Source of the DNA: Gammaproteobacteria bacterium
GTDB taxonomy: Bacteria > Pseudomonadota > Gammaproteobacteria > Steroidobacterales > Steroidobacteraceae
Direction of reading: 5' to 3'
DNA length: 32,229 nucleotides
NCBI GenBank assembly: GCA_005877705.1
Contig: VBNY01000202.1
Location: forward strand, 4,242-36,470
The notes beneath the pieces are model-generated. The model did no database searches. It had not been told where the DNA came from and saw only the letters and a program-made list of their open reading frames with translations. Positions 1 to 9,835 of this stretch are shown one piece after another. The position numbers were made by a program, and so were the translations under genes. Position 1 is the first letter of the stretch. Each line of letters starts with the position of its first letter.

Positions 1-594
1 GGAGTCGATGATCAGTGCCTGCAGAGGCGCCTGGCTGTCGCCCTTCGGAGGCGGAAAGCGCCTGATGAGGGCTTCCAGCAGCTCCGGGACCCCCTCGCCC
101 GTCTTGGCGCTGACACTCGCGGCATCGGTGGCCTCGATGCCGATGATCTCCTCGATCTCCTGCATCACGCGCTCGGGATCGGCCGAGGGCAGGTCGATCT
201 TGTTGATGACGGGCAGCACTTCGAGGCCCTGCTCGATGGCCGTGTTGCAGTTGGCCACGCTCTGAGCCTCGACGCCCTGGGAGGCATCCACGACGAGCAG
301 CGCGCCATCGCAGGCCGCGAGCGAGCGCGAGACTTCATAGGAGAAGTCCACATGGCCCGGCGTATCGATCATGTTGAGCTGATAGCGCTCGCCGTCGCGG
401 GCGTTGTAATACAGGGTGACGCTCTGTGCCTTGATCGTGATACCGCGTTCGCGCTCGAGCTCCATGGAGTCGAGCACCTGCTCCTGCATCTCGCGATCCT
501 GCAGCCCGCCGCACAGCTGGATGAAGCGGTCGGCCAGCGTCGACTTGCCGTGATCAACGTGGGCGATGATGGAGAAGTTACGTATGAGCCGCAT
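1..594 (-). CDS. lepA: Elongation factor 4 (LepA), N-terminal ~198 aa; the 3' end runs off the window
   Basis: My own translation of the minus strand from CAT at 592-594 gives [26 protein letters not shown]...[38 protein letters not shown]...VINKIDLP. These are the GTPase G1-G4 motifs and the LepA-type N-terminus (E. coli [19 protein letters not shown]). It is absent from the ORF track because no stop lies inside the window. Confidence 0.95.
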   Translation of the reverse strand, partial: MRLIRNFSIIAHVDHGKSTLADRFIQLCGGLQDREMQEQVLDSMELERERGITIKAQSVTLYYNARDGERYQLNMIDTPGHVDFSYEVSRSLAACDGALLVVDASQGVEAQSVANCNTAIEQGLEVLPVINKIDLPSADPERVMQEIEEIIGIEATDAASVSAKTGEGVPELLEALIRRFPPPKGDSQAPLQALIIDS

Positions 595-688
595 GAATCC
601 ACAATCTGTCGCGTACTGCCGCGCCAGGGGGTTAAGCGGCGGGCCGGATTATAAGGAAGTTGCCTCGGCGGCGCCTGTAGCTTGCCTC

Positions 689-716
689 GCGGGCGAAAGT
701 CACGCCTTTCGCCCGC
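689..716. repeat. 28-nt perfect hairpin element (11-bp stem, 6-nt loop), sister of 14211-14238
   Basis: GCGGGCGAAAG-TCACGC-CTTTCGCCCGC lies between the glutaredoxin-like gene and lepA. The copy at 14211-14238 differs only by two compensated stem pairs and one loop base. Confidence 0.6.
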
Positions 717-766
717 CGCCAATCCAAGCCAGCAGCGCTTGTCTGCTGAAACGGCCACACGCCATT

Positions 767-1018
767 TCAGCCCATGGAGTGGCGCAGCAGACGCCTCAGC
801 TCGGCCGCATCCAGCCGCTGCCGGCACACGATCGCCCCGTCCAGCAGCAGCACGGGCACGTGCAGCCCGTGGCGGCGAGCCAGCTGCGGATCAGTGTCGA
901 CGTCGATCAGCTCTAGCGGCGGCAACGGCATGGTACGCCCGAGGGCCTGCAGCTCGGTGAGCATCTCATCGCACAATTCACAGTCGCGCCGGTGCACGAC
1001 CGTCAGGCGCGATGACAT
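767..1018 (-). CDS. Glutaredoxin-like small thiol-disulfide protein (DUF836-type)
   Basis: The 83-aa ORF has a single CxxC near the N-terminus (VVHRRDCELCDEML) and a later VPVLLLDG segment. Size and layout fit the glutaredoxin-like family. It starts 31 nt downstream of the rseB stop on the same strand. Confidence 0.7.
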   Translation of the reverse strand: MSSRLTVVHRRDCELCDEMLTELQALGRTMPLPPLELIDVDTDPQLARRHGLHVPVLLLDGAIVCRQRLDAAELRRLLRHSMG

Positions 1019-1049
1019 GCTGCGTGCGGCTCTGCTGGAGGCGCGGCGG

Positions 1050-2069
1050 TCAGCGGGGGTGCCGGGGGTCGAGGAGCGGCTCCGACCCTTGCGCCTTCAC
1101 CGAGTTCGCGATGTAGCGCACCGTGGCCGGGGGCACCTCGCCTACCGCGGTCACTTTGTGCCCATCGATCACCGTAGAGAAGGCGGACGAGGATCCGACG
1201 CGGGCCGACTCGGACACGGGCGGCTGATCGGCGGCGGCCTGGGGTTGTGCTTCGACGAACACCGATACCGAGGCGAACCCGTCGGTGAACACCAGATGAT
1301 CCACCGGAGCGGTCGATCCCGGCATGGTCTGCGCCGAGCGCGCCGTCATCTTGAACCCCGGCGGGAGCTTCAGGGCATTCCACACCAGCGAGGCGGAGGT
1401 GGGCGAGCCCTTCGGCGCCAGCGACTCGTTGCGCAGCCACTGGAAGCCCTCGGTGGAAACCTCGGGCTTCAAGTCGGAATCGGGAATGTGCGAGGACAGC
1501 GTGAGGTTCGCGAAGACGATCTGCTCGATCACATGACCGCGCCCATCACAGAGTTGCGTCTTCAGGGGCATGGCGGTCGAATCATCGATCCACAGCCGGT
1601 ATCCGTAGCGGAACTCGTCCTTGGGCGACACGGCAATGACGTGGGTGTCGCGCCGGTTCAGGCGCGTCCGGGCGACCTCTTTGACGTCGTAGAACCTGGC
1701 CGTCTCCTCGTTCATGGCCGGGAAGCCGCCGAACAGCGACTCCTCCGCCGGCCGCCGCTCCACCAGCACGGTGCGCTTGTCGGGAAGGTAACAGGCAAGA
1801 TCCGAACCGGTGCGGACGAACTCGCGCCCCGAGCCGTCGAGGGACACGAGCCGCTCGGCCACCGCGCCGTCCTGTACGCGGTGGATGATGCGCAGCATTT
1901 CCACCTTGCCGCCCTGCCAGTGCGAGAACGTCCCATCGTAGTTGCGCGTGGTCAGGGCTTCATTCATGCGCTCCAGCCACTTGCCCGGCTCCTCTGCGGC
2001 GGCGACCGTGGCCACCGCCAGAGCGCAACCGAGCCAGCTGGAGCGCGCGCTACTGCGTAGTCTTGGCAT
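1050..2069 (-). CDS. rseB: Sigma-E regulatory protein RseB/MucB (periplasmic)
   Basis: The ORF track 360-aa protein contains WLERMNEALTTRNYDGTFSHWQGGKVEMLRIIH and later MucB/RseB-like blocks. I moved the start to MPRLRSS (CAT 2067-2069), which opens a signal peptide (LGCALAVATVAAAEEP) and has GGAGGA 11 nt upstream. Alternative starts are at 2096 and 2132. Confidence 0.85.
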   Translation of the reverse strand: MPRLRSSARSSWLGCALAVATVAAAEEPGKWLERMNEALTTRNYDGTFSHWQGGKVEMLRIIHRVQDGAVAERLVSLDGSGREFVRTGSDLACYLPDKRTVLVERRPAEESLFGGFPAMNEETARFYDVKEVARTRLNRRDTHVIAVSPKDEFRYGYRLWIDDSTAMPLKTQLCDGRGHVIEQIVFANLTLSSHIPDSDLKPEVSTEGFQWLRNESLAPKGSPTSASLVWNALKLPPGFKMTARSAQTMPGSTAPVDHLVFTDGFASVSVFVEAQPQAAADQPPVSESARVGSSSAFSTVIDGHKVTAVGEVPPATVRYIANSVKAQGSEPLLDPRHPR

Positions 2070-2694
2070 TGTCTTGCGCGTCCTCCACTGGTTCATCAGA
2101 CCCCGCAGGGGTGCCCGCCGTTCCCGATTCACTCGCCATGAAGGCGGACAACAGATTGCGGCGGGCTACCGGCGAGGAGAACTCGCTGTGCGCGACCACG
2201 TAATTGGCGAGCTCTGTGCTCGGGACGACTACCCGGCGCTCGGGCGTTTGCGGCACGACGTAGCTGTCCGGCTCCGCCGTGCTCGCCGGGGAAGCAGCAG
2301 CCGTCGCAGGCGCGCCCGCTTGTGTGATCAGCGGACCGGGCTCGGGCAGCACTTGCGAGCGCAGCCACAGGACGGCCGCGGCCGCCACTCCGGCCGCCAT
2401 CGCAGCGCCGATAACCGGCTGCCACCATTTGGCGAACGGCCCGGAACGCTGTGCCATCGCCGTCCCGGCCAGGGCGGGCTCCGTGGAGAGCACCGCGCTC
2501 ACCCGTCCGGCCAGCCGGGCGTTCAGGCGCACGCCACGCTCGGCGCGGACGGCCGCGCCGATCACCGCATAACGGCCCCAGCGGGCCTTCAGCGGCTCAT
2601 CACGCGACAAGCGCCGCGCCAACAGCTCGCATTCGGCGGACGGCAGCTCGTCATCGAACATCGCGGACAACTGACTGTCGAGCTCCTCGTTCAT
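2050..2694 (-). CDS. rseA: Anti-sigma-E factor RseA/MucA
   Basis: The N-terminus MNEELDSQLSAMFDDELPSAECELLARRL...ARWGRYAVIGAAVR matches the RseA/MucA N-terminal anti-sigma domain pattern (LSAxMDxE...W.RY). There is a central hydrophobic segment (VIGAAMAAGVAAAAVLWL). An ATGA overlap with the rpoE stop lies at 2691-2694. Confidence 0.85.
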   Translation of the reverse strand: MNEELDSQLSAMFDDELPSAECELLARRLSRDEPLKARWGRYAVIGAAVRAERGVRLNARLAGRVSAVLSTEPALAGTAMAQRSGPFAKWWQPVIGAAMAAGVAAAAVLWLRSQVLPEPGPLITQAGAPATAAASPASTAEPDSYVVPQTPERRVVVPSTELANYVVAHSEFSSPVARRNLLSAFMASESGTAGTPAGSDEPVEDAQDNAKTTQ

Positions 2695-3251
2695 CCCAGC
2701 TCCTCCGCGCGACCCAGCCCGCCTTCGAACACTTCACGCAGGCGGCGGTCGATGGCTTCACGTGCTCTGAAGATACGCGACCGCACCGTCCCCACGGGGC
2801 AATCCATCGCGGCGGCGATCTCTTCGTAGGAAAGTCCCTCCAGCTCGCGCAGCACGATGGCCGTGCGCAGATCCTCCGGCAAGGCCTCGATCGCGGCGTT
2901 GACGGTGGAGCGGATCTCATCGGTCAGGACGAGCCCCTCGGGGTTGTTGCGGTCGAGGTCATATTCGATGGGGCTGCGGTCACGCGACACGACGGCGTTC
3001 TTGGCGGTGTTGATGGCTATGCGGTACAGCCAGGTGTAGAAAGCGCTGTCTCCACGGAACTGCGGCAAGGCACGGTAGGCCTTGATGAAAGCCTCCTGGG
3101 CGATATCCTCGGCTTCGGCCGGATTGCGCACATAACGCATGACCAGCTTGACGAGTTTGTGCTGGTACTTGAGCACCAGCGCATCAAACGCTCCCTTGTC
3201 GCCGCGCTGTACGCGGCGAACCAGGCTGAGATCGCTCACATCGGCGCTCAT
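2691..3251 (-). CDS. rpoE: ECF RNA polymerase sigma factor RpoE/AlgU (sigma-24)
   Basis: MSADVSDLSLVRRVQRGDKGAFDALVLKYQHKLVKLV...EAFIKAYRALPQFRGDSAFYTWLYRIAINTAKN...LPEDLRTAIVLRELEGLSYEEIAAAMDCPVGTVRSRIFRAREAI is near-collinear with E. coli RpoE. The start is set at CAT 3249-3251, with GGGAG/GAGGG upstream. The 216-aa track ORF is a 5' over-extension that would begin upstream of the predicted promoter. Confidence 0.95.
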   Translation of the reverse strand: MSADVSDLSLVRRVQRGDKGAFDALVLKYQHKLVKLVMRYVRNPAEAEDIAQEAFIKAYRALPQFRGDSAFYTWLYRIAINTAKNAVVSRDRSPIEYDLDRNNPEGLVLTDEIRSTVNAAIEALPEDLRTAIVLRELEGLSYEEIAAAMDCPVGTVRSRIFRAREAIDRRLREVFEGGLGRAEELG

Positions 3252-3297
3252 CGCGCCCTCTACTCCCATGACAGAAGGCCGCCGCGCCGCGACCTGA

Positions 3298-3324
3298 ATA
3301 GACCCTGAACGCTTTCGAAAGTTC
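3298..3324 (-). promoter_or_regulatory. Candidate sigma-E/AlgU-type autoregulated promoter of rpoE
   Basis: The minus strand reads GAACTT (3319-3324), then 16 nt, then TCTAT (3298-3302), about 45 nt upstream of the rpoE ATG. This fits the GAACTT-N16/17-TCnnA class of ECF sigma-E promoters. The -35 element lies in the left arm of a 7-bp inverted repeat, CCTGAAC/GTTCAGG (3304-3327). Confidence 0.45.
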
Positions 3325-3472
3325 AGGCGCTTCGCCGCCAACGGGGCGTTGCGGCGGGGATACAGCTCTGGACGTCGAGTCCATCAGAAGATGTAATGAG
3401 TCTAACAGGTGGCCCCTCATGATGCGCCCTTGTTGGGGGGATCGCCGGGATGCCCTCAAAGGCCGGTCTCCG

Positions 3473-3793
3473 TCAGATCATGCCGCCGGGGAGCCGCCCG
3501 GAGATCCGGCACGCGAGGCGCGCCAGCTCCGGCTCGGGGGGGGTGACCTGCCCCAGGAGGTAATCCGCCAGTAGCGGGTCCGGCAGATCCAGGAATCGGT
3601 CGAACGTCCGCCGCTGCTCGCTCGAGGCGAGGGCCAAGTGCTCGCGAGCGAATCGCTCGAGCAGCACGTCGAGCTCCTTCATTCCACGGCGGCAACGCCA
3701 CAGGAGCCGGCGCCCTTCAGGGTCCAAACCGGCGCCGCCCGGGCTGCCCGCCTGCGCCTCCGCTGCCGCACCCGCGCTACCGGTGCCGGCCAT
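3473..3793 (-). CDS. sdhE: FAD assembly factor SdhE (YgfY/DUF339, SDHAF2 homologue)
   Basis: The C-terminal part of the 199-aa track ORF reads RLLWRCRRGMKELDVLLERFAREHL...RTFDRFLDLPDPLLADYLLG, which is the SdhE signature (R..W.CRRGM.ELD). The start is set at MAGTGS (CAT 3791-3793), 15 nt past the sdhB stop. The longer track ORF overlaps sdhB and is rejected. Confidence 0.85.
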   Translation of the reverse strand: MAGTGSAGAAAEAQAGSPGGAGLDPEGRRLLWRCRRGMKELDVLLERFAREHLALASSEQRRTFDRFLDLPDPLLADYLLGQVTPPEPELARLACRISGRLPGGMI

Positions 3794-3807
3794 ACGTCTC
3801 GTTTTCG

Positions 3808-4590
3808 TCAGCACTGGCGCTCGACGAGCAGCTTCTTGATCTCGGCGATCGCCTTCGCCGGGTTCAGGTCCTTGGGACAGGCATCGGTGCAGTTCATGAT
3901 CGTATGACAGCGGTACAGCCGGAACGGGTCCTGAAGCTCGTCCAGGCGCTCCCCGGTGGCCTCGTCGCGGCTGTCGACGATCCAGCGGTAGGCCGCAAGC
4001 AGCGCCGCCGGCCCGAGAAAGCGGTCGCTGTTCCACCAATAGCTCGGACAGGCCGTCGAGCAGCAGGCGCACAGGATGCAGGCAGCGGGGCGATCGATCC
4101 GCTCCTGCTCTTCCTTCGACTGCAGGCGCTCACGGTCGGGAGGCGCCGGCGTGCGCGCCTGCAGCCATGGCTTCACTGATGCGTACTGCGCGTAGAAGTC
4201 CGTGAGGTCCGGCACGAGATCCTTCACTACCGACATGTGCGGCAAAGGGTAGATGCGGATAGCACCACTCAAGTCCTGCATGGCGGTGGTGCACGCGAGT
4301 CGGTTCACGCCGTTGATGTTCATGGCGCACGAGCCGCAGATGCCCTCGCGGCACGAACGGCGGAACGTGAGCGACGAGTCGACGGCCGCCTTGATGTGGA
4401 TCAGTGCATCGAGGACCATCGGCCCGCAGCCCTTCACGTCCAGCTCGAACGTGTCCAGGCGCGGGTTCTGTCCCGATGTTGGATCAAACCGGTAGATGCG
4501 CACGGCCCGCACCTCGCCCGCGCCGGGAGTGGCGCGGTGCGTGAGGCCCTTGCGGATGCGGGAATTGGGCGGCAGTCGAAATCCGGCCAT
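3808..4590 (-). CDS. sdhB: Succinate dehydrogenase iron-sulfur subunit
   Basis: The 260-aa ORF has the three Fe-S cysteine clusters ([21 protein letters not shown]; [12 protein letters not shown]; [13 protein letters not shown]). GGAGA lies 7 nt upstream of the ATG. Confidence 0.97.
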   Translation of the reverse strand: MAGFRLPPNSRIRKGLTHRATPGAGEVRAVRIYRFDPTSGQNPRLDTFELDVKGCGPMVLDALIHIKAAVDSSLTFRRSCREGICGSCAMNINGVNRLACTTAMQDLSGAIRIYPLPHMSVVKDLVPDLTDFYAQYASVKPWLQARTPAPPDRERLQSKEEQERIDRPAACILCACCSTACPSYWWNSDRFLGPAALLAAYRWIVDSRDEATGERLDELQDPFRLYRCHTIMNCTDACPKDLNPAKAIAEIKKLLVERQC

Positions 4591-4614
4591 CAGAATCTCT
4601 CCGTGCGTCGGCCT

Positions 4615-6399
4615 TTAGTAGGTGCGCGCCTTGGGCGGAATCGACTCGACTTCGCCGGTGAGCGTCTGCAGATGGACGGGGCGGTAGGCGAAGCGCGTGC
4701 GTCCCGGACCCTCGACCCACACGAGCGTGTGCTTGAGCCAGTTGTGATCGTCGCGGTTGGGAAAGTCCTCGCGCGCATGCGCGCCGCGGCTCTCGGTGCG
4801 ATTCTCGGCCGAGTGGATCGTGGCGGTGGCCTGCAGCAGCAGGTTCTCGAGCTCGAGCGTCTCGATGAGATCCGTGTTCCAGATCAGCGAGCGATCCGTG
4901 AGCCGCACGTCGGCAAACGATTCGAACGTGCGTGCAATCTTCTGCATGCCTTGCTCGAGGGTCTGCCCGGTGCGGAACACGGCCGCGTCCAGCTGCATCG
5001 CCTTTTGCATCTCGAGGCGGATCGAGGCGGTCGGGCGTGAGCCCTTGGCGTTGCGCAGTCGATCGAGACGCGCGACGGCCGGATCGCCCGCATCCTTCGC
5101 GAGGGGCTTGTGCCGCGTGCCGGGGGTGAGCAGGTGAGCGCAGCGACGCGCCGCCTCCCGCCCAAACACCACCAGATCGAGCAGCGAGTTGGAACCGAGT
5201 CGATTTGCTCCGTGCACCGATACGCACGCCGCCTCGCCCACGGCCATGAGCCCCGCGACCGTGCTGTCCGGGTCGCCGGCTTTCGGTTGCACGACTTCAC
5301 CGTAGCAGTTACACGGAATGCCGCCCATGTTGTAGTGAACCGTGGGCTGAACCGGGATCGGTTGCCTGGTGACATCGACGCCCGCGAAGATGCGGGCGGT
5401 TTCGGCGATCCCGGGAAGGCGCTCGTGGATGACCTCCGGCCCGAGGTGCTCGAGATGCAGATCGATGTAGTCGTGCTCCGGGCCCACGCCGCGGCCCTCG
5501 CGCACCTCGATCGTCATGGCGCGGCTCACGACATCGCGCGAAGCGAGGTCCTTGGCGTTGGGGGCATAGCGCTCCATGAAGCGCTCGCCCTTCGAGTTGG
5601 TGAGATACCCGCCCTCGCCGCGCGCCCCTTCGGTGATCAGGCAGCCGGCACCGTAGATGCCCGTGGGATGGAATTGCACGAACTCCATGTCCTGCAGCGG
5701 TAATCCGGCGCGCAGCACCATCGCGTTGCCGTCGCCGGTGCACGAGTGCGCCGACGTGCAGGAGAAATACGTGCGGCCGTAGCCGCCGGTCGCCAGAATC
5801 GTGATGTGCGAGCGGAAGCGGTGCAACTTGCCGTCGGTCATGTCGAGCGCCACCACGCCGCGGCAGGCGCCGTCTTCCATGAGCAGATCGGTCGCGAAGT
5901 ACTCGACGAAGAAGCTCGCGGCGTGGCGGATCGACTGCTGATACAGCGCGTGCAGCATGGCGTGCCCGGTGCGGTCGGCGGCGGCGCACGTCCGTTGCGC
6001 GATGCCCTTGCCGAAGTGCGTCGTCATGCCGCCGAAGGGGCGCTGATAGATGCGGCCTTCCTCGGTGCGCGAGAACGGCACTCCGTAGTGCTCGAGCTCG
6101 ATCACCGCTGCCGGCGCCTCCTTGCACATGAGCTCGATGGCGTCCTGATCGCCCAGCCAGTCCGAGCCCTTGACGGTGTCGTACATGTGCCAGCGCCAGT
6201 CGTCCTCGCCCATGTTGCCGAGCGCCGCGCTGATCCCCCCCTGCGCGGCAACGGTGTGACTGCGGGTGGGGAACAGCTTGGTGATACATGCAGTCGACAG
6301 CCCGGCCTCGGCCAGCCCGAGGGTGGCGCGCAGGCCCGCCCCGCCCGCGCCGACGACGACGACGTCATAACTGTGGTCGATGAATTCGTAGCCGCTCAT
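4615..6399 (-). CDS. sdhA: Succinate dehydrogenase flavoprotein subunit
   Basis: [25 protein letters not shown] (FAD dinucleotide fold)...[11 protein letters not shown]...HPTG...[25 protein letters not shown]. The start is set at CAT 6397-6399, with an ATGA overlap with the sdhD stop. The 699-aa track ORF is a 5' over-extension through sdhD. Confidence 0.97.
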   Translation of the reverse strand: MSGYEFIDHSYDVVVVGAGGAGLRATLGLAEAGLSTACITKLFPTRSHTVAAQGGISAALGNMGEDDWRWHMYDTVKGSDWLGDQDAIELMCKEAPAAVIELEHYGVPFSRTEEGRIYQRPFGGMTTHFGKGIAQRTCAAADRTGHAMLHALYQQSIRHAASFFVEYFATDLLMEDGACRGVVALDMTDGKLHRFRSHITILATGGYGRTYFSCTSAHSCTGDGNAMVLRAGLPLQDMEFVQFHPTGIYGAGCLITEGARGEGGYLTNSKGERFMERYAPNAKDLASRDVVSRAMTIEVREGRGVGPEHDYIDLHLEHLGPEVIHERLPGIAETARIFAGVDVTRQPIPVQPTVHYNMGGIPCNCYGEVVQPKAGDPDSTVAGLMAVGEAACVSVHGANRLGSNSLLDLVVFGREAARRCAHLLTPGTRHKPLAKDAGDPAVARLDRLRNAKGSRPTASIRLEMQKAMQLDAAVFRTGQTLEQGMQKIARTFESFADVRLTDRSLIWNTDLIETLELENLLLQATATIHSAENRTESRGAHAREDFPNRDDHNWLKHTLVWVEGPGRTRFAYRPVHLQTLTGEVESIPPKARTY

Positions 6400-6782
6400 G
6401 CGGCACTTCCGAACGCCACTTTCAGGATCGCGAAGACGCCGGCCGCCGCAAGCAGCGCATGGGCGAAAGTGACCACGACGAGTGTCAGGGTTCTCACACC
6501 CGTGGCGTGCACGTAATCTTCCACGACGACGCGCACACCGAGCTGGGAGTGCCACGCGCCCACGACAACGAACAGCACCAGCAGCAGCGCCGTCCAGCTC
6601 TGGCTCATCCAGGCCGCGACGATCGCATGATCGAACGACGGCAGCGATAGCAGCGACACCACGAACCAGATCGATAGCGGCACGAGCGCAAGGGAGGTGA
6701 GACGCTGCAGCCACCAGTGTTGGACGCCCTCCTTCGCCGAGCCCGTCCCCAGCACCCTGCCCAGCGGGCTGCGCAGGCTCAT
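6396..6782 (-). CDS. sdhD: Succinate dehydrogenase hydrophobic membrane anchor subunit
   Basis: The 128-aa protein has three hydrophobic helices and begins [23 protein letters not shown]. Its position between sdhC and sdhA, with 4-nt overlaps on both sides, supports the call. Confidence 0.9.
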   Translation of the reverse strand: MSLRSPLGRVLGTGSAKEGVQHWWLQRLTSLALVPLSIWFVVSLLSLPSFDHAIVAAWMSQSWTALLLVLFVVVGAWHSQLGVRVVVEDYVHATGVRTLTLVVVTFAHALLAAAGVFAILKVAFGSAA

Positions 6783-7171
6783 GAGAGGCGCGCTCCCGCC
6801 AGAAAGGCCCAGTATCCGAGCAGCACCATCAGCACGATGCTGACCCCGGCCACGACCCAGGCGCTGCGCTGTGCCTGTGCGCGCTCCAGACCGCGCCCGG
6901 TATCCCAGATGAGATGCCGAACTCCGGCGACGAGGTGGTAGCAGAAGGCGGCGAGCTGGCCCAGATACAGCAGCTTGAAAACCCCGAGCGACAGCAGCGC
7001 GCTCGCACGGGTGTAGGCGCTCGTGCCGCTCGCGACCGCCATGAGCCAGTACACGAGTGCCGGCAGTCCGAGGGACAGCACCAGGCCCGCGGCGCGGTTC
7101 AAGATGGATGTGGCCAGCGTGTACTTGAATTTGTACACCGACAGATGAGGGGACAGCGGGCGTTGCGGCAT
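6779..7171 (-). CDS. sdhC: Succinate dehydrogenase cytochrome b556 subunit
   Basis: [29 protein letters not shown]... is the typical SdhC N-terminus (RPLSPHL.IY). The start is set at CAT 7169-7171. The 213-aa track ORF is over-extended through the upstream gene. Confidence 0.9.
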   Translation of the reverse strand: MPQRPLSPHLSVYKFKYTLATSILNRAAGLVLSLGLPALVYWLMAVASGTSAYTRASALLSLGVFKLLYLGQLAAFCYHLVAGVRHLIWDTGRGLERAQAQRSAWVVAGVSIVLMVLLGYWAFLAGARLS

Positions 7172-7175
7172 GGGC

Positions 7176-7397
7176 TTAGAAATCGATGCAGCGCCCCTTC
7201 TTTTCCCAATCGCCGAAGCGCGTCGGCTCGGGTCCCGCAGCGCCACCGATTTCCTTGATTGGCCGAAAGCTGCCTGCGGCAGCGTTTTGGCTCGGCGCGT
7301 GCGGATGCGCGCCGGCGCTCTCAGCCGGCATCTCGGAATCGGCCAGGGATGGGGGCATACTGATGTAAGTCTGCCAGAATTCGCTCTCGGGAACCAC
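7176..7397 (-). CDS. DUF1674 family small protein (bacterial SDHAF4-like)
   Basis: The C-terminus KEIGGAAGPEPTRFGDWEKKGRCIDF is the hallmark DUF1674 ending (GPEPTRYGDWE.KGRCIDF). Its stop lies 5 nt before the sdhC ATG. The start is uncertain: GTG at 7397, ATG at 7358 or ATG at 7331. Confidence 0.8.
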   Translation of the reverse strand: MVPESEFWQTYISMPPSLADSEMPAESAGAHPHAPSQNAAAGSFRPIKEIGGAAGPEPTRFGDWEKKGRCIDF

Positions 7398-7429
7398 CGC
7401 AACCTGCAGGAAACCAACACCCTCGGTCC

Positions 7430-8353
7430 ATGGAAAAAGACTGCAATTCAGTCCCGCTCGCCGATCTCGGAGCGCTGCGCGTGCGCGGTCCCGACGTCGT
7501 GCCCTTCCTGCAGGGACAGTTGTCCAACGATGTCGCGCGCCTCACGCTCGAGCACTCTCTGCTCGCGGGGTATCACAACCCGCAGGGCCGCGTGATCGGG
7601 CTGCTGCGGCTGCTGCAGCTCGAGCACCACGAGCTGCTCGCAATCCTGCCGCGCGAGCTCGGGCCGGCCGTGGCGAGCCGCCTGTCGAAGTTCATTCTGC
7701 GCGCCAAAGTGACCGTCACGGACGAGTCAGCAAGCTGGCGCGTCAGCGGCCTCGTTGCGCTGCCGCCGAAGGCGCCCGCTGGGAGCACGTTGCCACAGGC
7801 CCTGAACGCGCAAGCGCGCGTTGGCAACTCCACTGTCGTGCGTGTGGCGCACGACCCCGCGCGCTGGCTGCTGATCTCGCCAGCGGATCAGGCGTCGGCC
7901 GTGACTGCCTGCACGCCAGCCGAGCGCGAATCGTGGCGCCGCCTGCAGATCGCCGCCGGCCACCCCGAAGTCTACGCTGCGACGACGGAACAATTCGTGG
8001 CGCAGATGTTGAATCTGGACGTGCTCGGCGCCGTCGCGTTCGACAAGGGTTGCTACACCGGCCAGGAGGTCATCGCGCGCGCTCACTATCGCGGGCGCGT
8101 GAAGCGCCGCCTGCAGCGCTTCGCTTCGCGCGGCCCGCTGCGGCTGCAGCCGGGCGACTCCGGTCACCTGAGCGACGGCCGCGCTTTCAGGGTGGTCGAA
8201 GCCGTGCAGCTCGCGGACGGCCGCTGCGAATTCCTGGCCGTCGCACCGCTCGTTGCCGGCGAGCCGGAACCCCGCGGCGCTGCGAGCGTGGCGCCTGACA
8301 CGGCGCTCATCGAAGCCGAGCAGCTCGCGCTTCCCTACACGCTGCCGGAATGA
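7430..8353 (+). CDS. ygfZ: Folate-binding Fe-S cluster repair / tRNA-modification protein YgfZ (CAF17 family)
   Basis: The 307-aa ORF contains LRVRGPDVVPFLQGQLSNDV (GcvT-like N-terminus) and the family motif DKGCYTGQEVIARAHYRGRVKRRL. It is divergent from the sdh operon. Confidence 0.85.
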   Translation: MEKDCNSVPLADLGALRVRGPDVVPFLQGQLSNDVARLTLEHSLLAGYHNPQGRVIGLLRLLQLEHHELLAILPRELGPAVASRLSKFILRAKVTVTDESASWRVSGLVALPPKAPAGSTLPQALNAQARVGNSTVVRVAHDPARWLLISPADQASAVTACTPAERESWRRLQIAAGHPEVYAATTEQFVAQMLNLDVLGAVAFDKGCYTGQEVIARAHYRGRVKRRLQRFASRGPLRLQPGDSGHLSDGRAFRVVEAVQLADGRCEFLAVAPLVAGEPEPRGAASVAPDTALIEAEQLALPYTLPE

Positions 8354-8368
8354 GCCGGCGGCGCCGCC

Positions 8369-9828
<1,460 letters not shown>

Positions 9829-9835
9829 GTGGTTT

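Noticed and set aside
774-2060. Long plus-strand ORF (428 aa) opposite rseB. The same class includes 9770-10903, 10973-12274, 19550-21601, 21378-23432, 24793-25905, 26482-27639 and 27688-28944 on the plus strand.
   Set aside because: All lie antisense to strongly homology-supported genes. They are Arg/Ala/Gly/Pro-rich low-complexity translations typical of stop-poor shadow frames in high-GC DNA, and none shows a recognisable domain.
4615-6714. 5'-over-extended track ORFs: sdhA 699 aa, sdhC 213 aa, sdhE 199 aa, rpoE 216 aa, recJ 721 aa, ispF 237 aa, ispD-frame ORF 440 aa, pyrG 561 aa and dnaE 954 aa with 14 extra residues.
   Set aside because: The extensions overlap the upstream gene and have no homology. 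Internal starts reproduce the canonical N-termini and give 4-nt ATGA/GTGA coupling overlaps.
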